Assembly: GCA_024137785.1 (NCBI GenBank)
Contig: JAHRHZ010000049.1
Span: 124,001-188,000, forward strand
Source of the DNA: Ginglymostoma cirratum
Taxonomy: Eukaryota
Length of the DNA stretch: 64,000 bases
Direction: 5' to 3'
Shown here: positions 50,597-62,246 of the stretch, one piece after another
Layout of the letters: every line of letters starts with the position of its first letter
Position numbering within the stretch: the first letter of the stretch is position 1
Notes under the pieces: model-generated
What the model saw: only the letters and a program-made list of their open reading frames with translations
Database searches by the model: none
Told to the model about the DNA's origin: nothing
Program-made: the position numbers and the translations under genes

Positions 50597-52399
50597 CTGT
50601 TAACAAAATTTTAAAAAAAACACAATTAGTAAAACTCTTCTTATTTTCAAAAGGAAGATTTTCGACCATACAGACGGAGTTGTGTTCAGCGTTATTGTAC
50701 ACAAATTTTGAACCAGGAACAGAAGTTGCTTCGTAATATTAATATTAATAATAAAGGCCAACAGTATACATGCTGGTCTTGCCTGTTTAAGATGGCCGTT
50801 TTTAACAAGTTGGCAACTATGATTTGCTTGCTTTGTAACAACATCTTTATATTGACGCAGCAGCTCACTTTAATTTGACTTGTAACCTTGATGTCATTTG
50901 CTAACAAGCCTTTTACAATGTGAGTGTCCGAAACATTACAGCAATTATATTTATTCAATTCCCCTTAAGTCTTTGTGGTGCTGCAGTTCCACCGGTGTCT
51001 GGCAGCTCAAATCGATTCAGGCTGTTCACTACTGTCTGTTGTCACCTGATGTCCACGATCAAGAAATGGACATTCTCCTCCCATCCCTCGACACCTCCCA
51101 CAAGGTAAGCCAGCTCCACACAAATGGTGTTTGAACTAGGGCTGCTTAGTATTGTCAAAGCTACATTTATTCGACAGAATGAGGGAGTCAAGCAATTATG
51201 CATTGTCAGGTAAAACTGCAATTTAGTACCAAAGGACCTGAAACAAGCTATAATCAATGTATCAGGCTTTCTCCATTCCTAACAGTTTGGAAATCATCTA
51301 AAATTGCATGGAATTCCAAACATACACAAAAACAGTGGCTTTCAAAGGGAATTGCAGAGCATTCTTGTTTGTTCTCCTTGCACCATCTTGAAAAGCAAGT
51401 GATGCTCCTCTTTAAAGTGATCAAAAAGTATGGAGAGATGGGAGGATAATGTCCAATGTTTGTTCGTTTCTTCATATGCTGTACAGAACTGAACAGCTTT
51501 AGAAACTATATGAACATACTTTTATGAACAAAGTATGTTTTTGAAAGAAAAATGTCAGAAATTATAAACATCTTGCATTATAAAGTGGCTTTAACATAGT
51601 AGATATTTCAAGGCACTACACAGGCATGTTATTGAATCAATTTACTGAAATATATATTGATAAAATGTGCAAAAACAAGAAATAATTGAATATATTCCTA
51701 AAAGAATGGAGACAGATACAGTAAAGCAACAGTTCAGGTTGCACAGGTCTCCTCCTGGTGGAAGGCAGGCCAATAACTAAAAAGCAAGGAAAAAATGACT
51801 TCACTTTGAAGGAAAAGCTTCCCAGAAAAATTTCTTTCCAGTGGGCTGTGCTTTGAAATTATAGTGGTGTTATTTCGTTTTAAATTGCTGCCATGAATTA
51901 TTGATCCATAAGGTCACTTAGGTCTGCAAACTGATGAATACCAACATGTGGAAGTTCGAGGTGGTCCCCTGTCTATCCTGAGCACTCCTGCATCAAGAGC
52001 ATTAGACACAATAATATAGAAAGTGTGCAGCAGATTGAGTGCACTCTGCTCTGGCGCGTGTCTGATAGATTCAGAGACTTTTTATTCCTGCTCTAATAAA
52101 ATTGACCAAGCTCAGCTTTGTGCTTGGAGGCACCAAGGACCTTGTTGGGTGGTTCTGGAGTGGAAGGAGGAGCCACAGATTCATGGAACTGGAAGAAAAG
52201 GTGACTTCAGCTCCACATCTTATTTTCTTTTGTGCTTCATCTTGGTATTCATAAAACAAAAATGTTGAAGTGGGGAGTGATGGGACAGAAAGAGCAGGAA
52301 AGGGATAAACCAAAGAGAAAGAATGAAAAAATATACAAGAGTGAAAAAAGGTGCTCAAATGCCTTTGTGACTACACTTTCCCTGCCTTTTTCACTTCTA

Positions 52400-52717
52400 G
52401 AACACTCTTGAACTACCTGTGCTCCCCAATTCCGCTCACCTGCACATACCATATTTCCTTCACCCCCCAGTATTAGGCACCACGCCTTCTGTATCCTAAA
52501 AACTCAGGCATTCCCTTCCTAATCCTCTTGTCTCAGGAAACTCTCCTTCCTCCTTGAATACACTCCTTAAAAATTTTCTCTTTGGCTAAGCTTTACGTTG
52601 TCCTTCTCAAGATCTGCCTTTTTGGCTCAGTGTCAATATTTGTCTGATTACATGCATGAAAACTGTCAACGTGTGTTACTACATTAAAAGGCACTCTATA
52701 AATGCAAGTTCTTGTTG
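52400..52717 (+). mobile_element. L2-type LINE/SINE 3' tail
   Basis: ttactacattaaaaggcactctataaatgcaagttcttgttg end. Confidence 0.55.
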
Positions 52718-52774
52718 CAATCATCTTTGCTTAGTAGTTCAACAAAAAAAATGAAAATGCAAGAATAATCTTAC

Positions 52775-52894
52775 CGGCAAAGGTCTGAAGAAAAGAAGAG
52801 CAGGGTTTCATTTTTGGTTATCAAGGGGTGGAAAGAGGTTCCATCAGTCCCATTGATCATATTGCATGCATCTGTTGTCCACCAGTCCAATGAA
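52775..52894 (-). CDS. SCARB2: SCARB2 exon 6
   Basis: 120 nt, ttag|...|gtaaga; SLDWWTTDACNMINGTDGTSFHPLITKNETLLFFSSDLCR. Confidence 0.97.
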
Positions 52895-53260
52895 CTAATA
52901 ACATTGGTATAAAAATTGTAGGAGGAGTAAGAGAAACATTAAACCAGACAAAAAATAAGACTTGCATAAGAGCTGCATAAGAGGGAATAGCAAACACCAA
53001 TTTTAATGATGCACTACAAATTCTACTTGCACAAAACAGATCTGTGCATTAAATTGTCAAATTGACATTGTGTTAATTGATTTTTCTGTACATGTTCCCA
53101 CAAATTGCCAGCATTGGACATTCTATTGTAAATTGACTAACTGGAATTCAACCAGAGTTTAAAATTGCCAGATCAGCAGCATTTTGTTCAGGTTTGCACA
53201 AGTCATCAAATTCAGTCAGTTAATAACTCTCAATTGGAAACAAAAAGAAAACGCACTCAC

Positions 53261-53352
53261 TTGTTACCTCTCCATTCGACAATGGTAGTAAAATTTTTAT
53301 AACTTTTTTGCCCCGTAAGAAAAACATATTCACCATCATCTGTCTTGTTCAT
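53261..53352 (-). CDS. SCARB2: SCARB2 exon 5
   Basis: 92 nt, tttcag|...|gtgagt; MNKTDDGEYVFLTGQKSYKNFTTIVEWRG. Confidence 0.96.
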
Positions 53353-54004
53353 CTGAAAAATACAACAATGCATTACAAAGGAGGACAGATACACCAAGTA
53401 AATCACCTGACCTCCCCCCACCCCCATGTTAGAAACCTTTCCAAACACAATTCTAATCATTTAAACTGTTCCCCCAACCTTCCGCACAAAAATCAATTAA
53501 AGTGTCAATAACGAAACATAATAGTGCATAGGTTCATCTGGTCAGTCCATAAGAAAGCATACAACTTAAAAATATACTGTACAACAGAGACTGCTGGAGA
53601 AACTTAAAGTCTGGCAGCATCTGTGGAGAGAAAAACACCATTCTTCAGAACTGAAAGGTGTTGGAAAATGGTTATATTTTAATAGTTTTAATACAGGCAC
53701 AGAAGTAGCAAGGGGGAGATGGCATAGAGGCCCAGTACACTCCCCACAAGGGGTAATTAACAGTGGTAATAAGAGAAAATGAGATGTAAACGGGTGTAAA
53801 TGTGAAAAAGGAACAAATGGGTCCTCTCTACTAAGAGCAAGTAAACAAGGCAGGGCTGTGATGTTGGATGGTGTGGGGAGAAGAGGATACAAGAAAAAAA
53901 ATGCGAGAACAAACATAATGCGGTCAATTCCTAAAGCTCTTGTTCCTTGAGTTTCCGTTGTGCTTCGTTGGTAGATTGCAGCCTGCCCAGAAATTAAAAT
54001 ATAC

Positions 54005-56730
54005 ACATTGACTGAGAAATGTGCCAGGTCTTCGATGGGAAAGAGTGGAGGGGGGAGTTGTATTTTTGATTAAGAGGAGCATCACAGCAGTGGTCAGAGA
54101 TGAAATAACTGAGGGGATCATCCAGTGAGGCTTTGTCTGTGGAACTAAGAAATAAGGGGGGTGGTGACATTACTGGGGTTGTACTATAAGCCCCAAATAG
54201 TCAACAGGAATTAGAGCAACAAATATGCAGGGAGACTGGGGAGACTTGCAGGAGCAATAGCATGGTGATAATGGGGGATTTTAATTTTCCGAACATAGAT
54301 TTGGATAGCCATAGTGTTAAGGACTCAGATGAGGCGGAATTTGTTAAACGTGTTCAGGAATGTTTCCTTAAGCAGCATATAGAGGGTCCTACTCAGGAAG
54401 GGGCAAAACTTGACTCCTCTTAGGAAATAGAGCAGGACAGGTGACTGAGTTGACTGTGGGGAACATTTTGGGACCAGTGACCATATTTCTATTAATTTTA
54501 AAATAGTTATGGCAAAAGACAAAACTGGTCCACAGATTCAAGTTCGAAACTGGGGCAAGGTGAATTCTGATGGGATTAGACTGGAGCTTGCAGGGGCTGA
54601 TTGGAATAGTTTGTTTGCAGGCAAAGGGACCTCTGGCAAGTGGGAAGCCTTTAAAAATGTGATAGCTCGAGTTCAAGATCTTTATGTTCCTGTGAGTGTG
54701 AAGGGCAAGGGTGGCAGGTTTAGGGAACCCTGGATGATGAGGGATATGGAGGCTTTGACCAGAAAAAAAAACAAGGAATCTCGGTACAGATACAGATAGC
54801 TGGGATGAAGGGAATCCCTGGAGGTACACAGGGGATACAGGAGCTTACTGAAGAAGGAAATCAGGAAGGCGAAAAGGGGGCATGAGATAGCTTTGGCTGA
54901 GAAGATTAGGGTGAATTCAAAGAGATTCTCTAAGTATGTTAAAGGAAAAAGAATAACGAGAGAGGGAATAAGGACCCCTCAAAGACCAAAGTGGACATGT
55001 ATGTGTGGAAGCACAAGAGATGGGCGAGGTCCTCAATGAATACGTCTTCTCTGTGTTTACCGTGGAGAAAGACATGAAGACTTGGGAACTTGGGGAAGTT
55101 AGTGGCGATATCTTGGGGATAGTCCATATCACAGTACAGGTGGTGTTAGAAGTATTAGGATGTATGAAGACGGATAAATCTCCTGGTCCTAATCAGATAT
55201 ATCCAAGAACCCTGCAAGAGGCTAGGGAAGAAATTGCGGGGGCTCTGGCTGATATATTTGTATCATCATTAGCTAACGGTGAAGTCCCAGAAGACTGGAG
55301 GGCAGCGAATGTTGTGCCCTTATTCAAGGAGGGCTGCAAAGAAAACTCTAGGGATTATAGGCCAGGAAGCTTAACATCTGTGGTAGGTAAGTTACTTGAA
55401 AAGATTCTGAGGGATAAGATATACATGAATTTGGAAAGACAGGGTGAGATTAGGTGTAGTCAGCATGGCTTTGCGTGTGGGAGATGATGCCTCACAAATT
55501 TATTGGAGTTCTTTGATGAAATGACCAGGAAGGTTGATGAGGGCAGGCATTTCAGAAAGGCCTTTGATAAGGTTCCACATGGTAGGCTGCTTTGGAAGGT
55601 TAGATCACATGGAATCCAGGGAGAGCTGACAAATTGGAAACACAATTGGCTTGATGGTAGGAAGCAGAGGGTAATACTGGAAGGATGCTTGTCTGACTGG
55701 AGGCCTCTGACTAGTGGCGTGTCTCAGGGGTTGATGCTGGGCCCATTGTTGTTTGTTATCTATATCGATGTTTAGGATGAGAGTGTACAAGGCATGATTA
55801 GTAAGTTTGTGGATGACACTAAAATAGGCAGTATCATGGACAGTAAGGAAGGTTATCAGAAATTGCAGCAGGATCTTGATCAGCTGGGGAAGTGGGCCGA
55901 GAAATGGCAAATGGAGTTTAATATAGACAAGTGTGAAGTATTGCATTTTGGAAAGTCAAATCCAGGTAGGAGTTTCATGGTGAATGGTAGAGGCTTAAGG
56001 ACCGTACTGGAAGAGAGGGACCTTGGAGTTCAGGTGCACGGTTCTCTGAAAATGGAGTCACATGTAGACAGGACAGTGAAGGCGGCTTTTGGCACACTGG
56101 CCTTGAGTCAGTGTATTAAGTTGGGAAGTTATGATGCAGTAGTACATGACGTTGGTGAGGCCAAACTTGAAGTATTGTGTTCAGTTTTGGTCTCCTTGCT
56201 ATAGGAAGGATGTTATTAAACTGAAAAGAGTGCAGAAGAAATTTACAAGGATTGTAAATCCTTGTAAATACAAGGGACTGAGTTATAGAGAGGTTAGACC
56301 AACTAGGACTTTTTTTCTTTTTTTCTTTAGAGTGCAGGAGCCTGAGGGGTAACCTTACAGGAGTGTATAAGACCATGTTAGGTATAGGTAGAGTGAATGC
56401 ACTCAGTCTTTTTCCCAGGGTTGGGGAATGGAGGACTAGAGAGCATCAGTTTTAGGTAAGAGGGGAAAGAATACATGGGAACTTGAGGGGCAACTTTTTT
56501 GGTTTTTTTTTTTTTACACAGAGGATGGAATGAGCTGCCAGCAGAAGTGGTTGAGGCAGGTACATTAACAATATTTAAAAGGCTTTTGGACAAATACATG
56601 GGCAGGAAATGTTCAAAAGGATATGGGCCAAGTGCAGGGAAATGGAGTTAGCGTGGATGGACATTTTGGTCGGCACGGACCAGTTTGGGCCAAAGGTTCT
56701 GTCTCCATGCTGTAGGACCCTATGACTGAA
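54005..56730 (+). mobile_element. Near full-length CR1 ORF2 with 3' tail, frameshifted
   Basis: KSPGPNQIYPRTL, VPEDWRAANVVPLFK, KAFDKVPH, KFVDDTK, WQMEFNIDKCEVLHFG. Confidence 0.95.
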
Positions 56731-57321
56731 TAAATCGAAAAAAACTGAGTTTTAGTCTTTTTTCACAAAAATACTACTTTCGATTGTATGCATCTGACTT
56801 CATGCAATCAGGCTAACTTTCTAAAAGAAAGAACTGTGAGGGCAAGGAACCTTTCTTCCTTCCTGACCCCATGGAATCGCAGGGAATTCAAAATCATTGA
56901 TTCTTTCCTGTGCCCCAAGTTCAGCAGGGAAGAACAGTAATGTTGTTTTCATAAACAAAAGTCCAGGTCACTGCTGAAGTCATGGATGCAAGCTGATGTG
57001 TGCATTTTTCTTTCAAGCATCTTTGAGTACATAGGGCTCCATGGCTTCGAGATCTACTTACAGTTTGCAGGGTAGCCTCCTAAAATATCACTCAAGTCAG
57101 CAGTACCAAACAAAAAGCCACCATACACAAAATGGTGAGGGGGTGAATCAAACTATCATCAGGGTCTGAAGGGAAAGGTCAACATTGACTTGCACATCAT
57201 CACTAAGACTAGACTTTCAAAGTTTCCAGTCTCTCTTTTCAGAATGTTAGCTAAATCGCTGTGCATTTTCAACTTTCTTTGCAAATTCTTCACAACTAAA
57301 AAAATTGGAAGAATGACATAC

Positions 57322-57513
57322 CTTATAATAGAGCCCAAAGTAATCATCAATGTCCTTTTCCAAGAAGTGGATGGCTGAAAGCACTGGGTCTTTGTAACCC
57401 CAAAGGAGTTCATGTACTGTTCTTGTTGTAAAAATGGAAGCCCTTTCGATAATCAACAGAGCTCTTAGCAGTAAAATCTGCAGACTAGAATACCTTACCA
57501 TATTCATTACAGT
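57322..57513 (-). CDS. SCARB2: SCARB2 exon 4
   Basis: 192 nt, aatag|...|gtatgt; TVMNMVRYSSLQILLLRALLIIERASIFTTRTVHELLWGYKDPVLSAIHFLEKDIDDYFGLYYK. Confidence 0.96.
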
Positions 57514-58046
57514 CTATTTACAAAAAGAAACAAAAAAAAAGGTAAATCAATATAAATACAAACAGAATTGAAAAATAAAATCCAACTTTCATACATAGCT
57601 GATTGGGAAGAGAATTTTCTCCCTGTGGTTGAATACAAATAGAGTAGATGTTTCACTGCCTCACACCTTCTGGTAGTTGGCAGGGGGCATGGAGTGGGAT
57701 GAGGTATTTCTAAGATGCAGGGCTGTAACAAAAACAACCTTACCAACCTGTTACATCGACCCCTTTTCCCCCCTGAACTCCCTAAATGGTGAATAGCTAG
57801 GAATGGTGGGATGTAAAGAATATTGGGAGCCCAGCTATATAGATCGGTTAAATGTCACAAACAAGTACAATATGTTAGCCAAAAGTGGATGCAACATGGC
57901 TTTATATCTAGAGATGGCACTAGCAAAGCCCTGCTCCACCATGATTGTGTAAATAGGGGTCCTTCACTTAACGGATATGGTTGTGTTCCTGAGAATCATT
58001 ACTTGAAATGAAACAACTAAATGAAGCATGGGATCAATGTCAAAGC

Positions 58047-58141
58047 CTGAAGAAGGGTCTAGGCCCGAAACGTCAGCCTTCCTGCTCCTCTGATGCTGCT
58101 TGGCCTGCTGTGCTCATCCAGCCCTACACCTTGTTATCTCA
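58047..58141 (+). mobile_element. Single-arm Penelope-derived repeat starting at a hammerhead core
   Basis: CTGAAGA-AGGGTCTAGGCCC-GAAACGTC at 58047-58074 followed by the family arm. Confidence 0.75.
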
Positions 58142-58739
58142 AAGTCAGTGCTTGGTTCTTGCAGAATTTTTGACCCGGTAAAAAGTGTACAGGTGAAAAT
58201 ACTGTGCTACACGTGTGAAGTACTGTGTATTTCAAATTGATATGTCTTAAAACAAATCATTAAACATGCAAGAAACACCACACACACGTGCAATAAATTA
58301 GTGCTTTAAAAGAATTACTCACTTACAGTACATTACTTTTAGGCTGACCAGGCTCCATATGGGGACAGACGTTTAGTAAGTCGGTGCAGGTATTAGCTGG
58401 CCAGGAATACTTGCATTGACCAACTCTATGATTAGATGTAAGTGTGGTGGATCAAGTGTGGTTCAAGCGAGGCGTTCAAGAGAGGATTGGAAAATAGTGT
58501 AAACAGAATCATTGCGCAGGATTACGGGAAAAGGCGGGACAGCATAAAGTTAAAATTCTCAGAGAAGCTATGCAGACAGAATAGGATGAATGGTCTCCTA
58601 CACAAGTATTCTGTGAAATAAATACATATGCACTAATTATCTCCTTTCAAACAAAACAATGTTAAGCAAGTTGACTTTAAGTGAGATTTTTACTTCATAA
58701 AAATTAATAGCTTGCACTCGCCTGATGTTCAGTCCTCGT

Positions 58740-61300
58740 ACGTCCAGGCTACTACAAGCTGCTAATTATACATACACATGGCAGCAAATGATTAGAAGAT
58801 TCCAAAAAGCTGCAGCAAGTGGCACGAAAAAGCCCAGCAGCAGCATCAGAACAGTAGGTGTTGGAGGCCAGCCCAGCAACTGACCATGGGGAGGAAAACT
58901 GCAACGACAGGCCAGGGACAAGTACAAACAGCACCAGCGCAGACACGGACAACAGCTCAAGTTGAGTAATGAACTCCATCCAACCCCACCGAGGGACTTT
59001 CCAGAATGTGACAAAACTCTCAACAGGATCAACAAGAGTTTGGCAGGTGTAAGCCATTCCAAGTCACTCACCTTAGAAGGTGCAGAACCAAAAGAGCACT
59101 ACAGCAGCAAGCAGGGCCACAAAAAAAAGGGACCAACTACCAATGTCCCTGCTGTGGCAGAAGAAAGGTCTCCAGCTGTGAAGCAGGCTCTGTCAAAAGC
59201 TTATGGTTGTTGTAAGCCAAGTGGGTAAAACCTCTTGCATCACTTTGCTAAATAAACCTTAACAACAATTTTGAAAAAGATCAGGTGGACTGAACACCAA
59301 CAGTAATAACTTGAGCAAATTGAAAAGATGCTGATATCTTCAGAGGTCAAAGCTTCTAACTATTGTAATGGCAGATGCATTGTCCACAAATCTGTGAGCA
59401 ACTTTACTTCAAATTCAGGGGATAAAATGACACTTCAAAATATACTGACTGAAACAAAATGGCTATATTCAATAGGAAGAAAAAATGTTTGCTGTGACCT
59501 GGGTATGAAAATAAATCTCACTATGCCTTGGATCTATCATTTAAGATGGAAATTAACCATGAACTGTTGGTAACTACTGAATGCAAAATAATTCAAAGAT
59601 GCTATCCAGAATCTACATTTACATCAGCGATCAGCTCTTACTTCAAGATAAGGGCTTCCTGGTCCCATGATCTCTGTATCTAGACATCCTCCAGAAAATT
59701 CCACTGGGACATTTGGCCAGGACACAGCAAGCCACATGGTCACCAGGTATCTCAGCTTCTCACAAGGACATGATCACCAATTGTTCCATTCACAGACAGG
59801 ACCAGAAAGAAATCCCTCCCTAATGGCAGAGTATCGCTATGATTGCGGCTGATGTTCTTACTGGACAAATCAGATCTCCAATTAAAATCTAGCTTAATAG
59901 ATTTTTTTTTGAAAAAGCAAGGTGGCCTTTCACCAAACCATGAGCATGTAACACTGCAGACCAGAGTTTTGCAATAAATTAGATTATGCAAAACGATAAA
60001 CTAAATTTCACACAATGAAAGATTTTGAAATCTTAAAAGTACAATATTCTATCTTAATAGCAGTCCTTTACAGTACTCAGAATTCCCATCTCTATCGCAT
60101 TTGCATGCTTGACTTAACTGTTGCTCTCAGTTCCTAGTCATGAGAGTTTGATAGCCTCTTCCTTACATATTCACACAACTGAGATTACATCTTCTCAGCT
60201 TTGGAAATGCCTTCAGAGTTCAAACCAAATACTCTGGTCTGGGGAGGCAATGGCCTAGTGGTATTATCACTGAACTATTAATCCAGAGATCCAGATAATG
60301 TTCTGGGGACCCAGGTTTGAATCCCGCCAAGGCAGATGGTCGAATTTCAATAAGTATCTGGAATTAAGAATCTAATGATGACTGTGAATCCATTGTCAAT
60401 TGTCAGGAAAAACCCATCAGGTACACTAATGTCCTTTATGGAAGGAAACTGCCATCCTTACCTGGTGTGGCCTACATGTGACTCCAGACCCACAGCAATG
60501 TGGTTGAGCAATTAGGGTTGGGCAATAAATGCTGCCTAGACAGTGATGCCCTCATCCCATGAATGAATTTTTTAAAAAACTTCCAGAAAGACAAAACCCT
60601 TACTTGGAGTTAACATATTGCCTAACTGTTCTCTAGGGGAAACTCTTTCAACCAGGACTTCTCCAAACTAAAACCAAAAGTCTTTCCAAGCTATGTATCT
60701 TTCCCCTAGGCTAAATAAATCAAGTCCTGAATCATCTAAATGAAAGCGAGCTAGCACTTTTCAATGTTCCCTCTGTCCAACTGTAAAACAAATTCCTATT
60801 ACCTCTCCCAAAATTTCTCTCTTATACCGATTTCAAGAAACATGGCTCAAAAAATACTGACAGGTTAATTTTTAAAACCTCCTCATGCAAAAAGATATTT
60901 TCCATGTAGGGGAACACAGCCATGGTCATCTCTGACAATGGACCACAATTCGCTGAGTGTTTTCAGTTCTTTGCAGCCTCATGTAGATTTGTCCATGTCA
61001 CAAGTTCATGAAGGTGCCACTGGACCAACTGTATTGTGATTAATAGGTTACAGCCACCAAGATCATGCCTAGTCTAAACAGAAACTGGCATCATTTAAAA
61101 TAATAGGGGGTAAACAAAACTACACAACCAATAATAACAGGAGACAAAGAACGAACAGCCTCAAGAGGATGTGTTTGGAATAAACACGTCCTCAATTACC
61201 TCAAAAATAACTCAGTACATGGTTGGGCAGAATGGTGAAACCATCCCAGAGTATCCCAGTAAAAGACAAAGACTTTGGGGATGTATAAATAGTAAGTAGG
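58740..61300 (+). mobile_element. Highly decayed Gypsy-type LTR retrotransposon fragments with other inserts
   Basis: Integrase core VISDNGPQFAECF...FVHVTSS at about 60925-61010; RT-RH linker-like WTEHQQ...EKMLISSEV at about 59285-59350; outer limits uncertain. Confidence 0.55.
60241..60568 (+). mobile_element. tRNA-headed SINE (same family as 14372-14705)
   Basis: Full head, body and atgaatga tail. Confidence 0.85.
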
Positions 61301-62098
61301 GCTGAAGAATTGGAGACATGGATGAAAGAATAAATTGTGTCAATATTCTAACAATAGCTACTGAGTATGTGTGAAAACACATCATGACGATATCAGGTCA
61401 CACAGGACACAGACTCAATAGAAGGCAATTGCAAAACCCTGCTCTACCACACTTCTGCACACTTTATAGTTAGTAAACATACATAGTTTGCTCTAACCTA
61501 GTGTCTAGTCCTAGTCTGTCTATAGCTCCTAGAAGCTGCTAATGATATTTGTACAAAATGCACAAGTTTTCATTAGGCTAAAGTTATTGAAAATGACATG
61601 GGACAAAGGCGGATATATGGAGTTAGGTCACAAATGAGCCATGATCTCACTGGGTAGCAGAGCAAGCTTGAGGGGGTAAGTGGCATGTTCCTTTTCCTAT
61701 GCTGGTTGATCGGGTACCTTCAAAACTCTCCCGAGATGATTTCAAGTACCTTGTTGCCTAATTGACCTGCTGAACTTGATTCAAAAGTCTCATCATCAAA
61801 TGTGCAGTGCACAGGCCAAATGTCCCAATTTTCACTCGAACACAAACACAGACCTAACGTGGAGTGTCTAAGTTATCCAGGGCATCTGCCCCTTCAGGTG
61901 TAGTACCCCCTCAAAAACAATTTTCCTTTTGATAATCTGAAAATTCATCAGCAAAATTAGGAGTTTCTGAAGTTAGAAATTCCAGAGAAGCTTAGGAGCA
62001 GCTCAAATTTCTAAGTTTAGCTCCAATACATACAAGTTAACTTGACAGTACCTTGACATGGCAATTGCAAAGAGAGTTTTAAAAAGCCAGCAACTCAC

Positions 62099-62246
62099 CA
62101 CAACAGGAATATTCACTGTCCTAATCAGATCTGTCTCAGGATCACCATTACTCAACTCAGGGACAAACACGTAGGTCTTAGTGGTGACAGCAGACACTTT
62201 CTGTCCATCATCCAGAAACGTCACATTTTCTTTAGGTTTATATTCT
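62099..62246 (-). CDS. SCARB2: SCARB2 exon 3 (exons 1-2 not seen; presumably beyond the window)
   Basis: 148 nt, tttcag|...|gtgagt; EYKPKENVTFLDDGQKVSAVTTKTYVFVPELSNGDPETDLIRTVNIPVV; exon phases chain into one open frame through exon 12. Confidence 0.96.

Noticed and set aside
53566-54006. 146-aa hydrophobic minus-strand ORF
   Set aside because: Overlaps a Penelope-derived terminal region; no recognisable domain or splice support
47535-56730. The two long CR1 copies as active or domesticated RT genes
   Set aside because: Multiple stops and frameshifts in both
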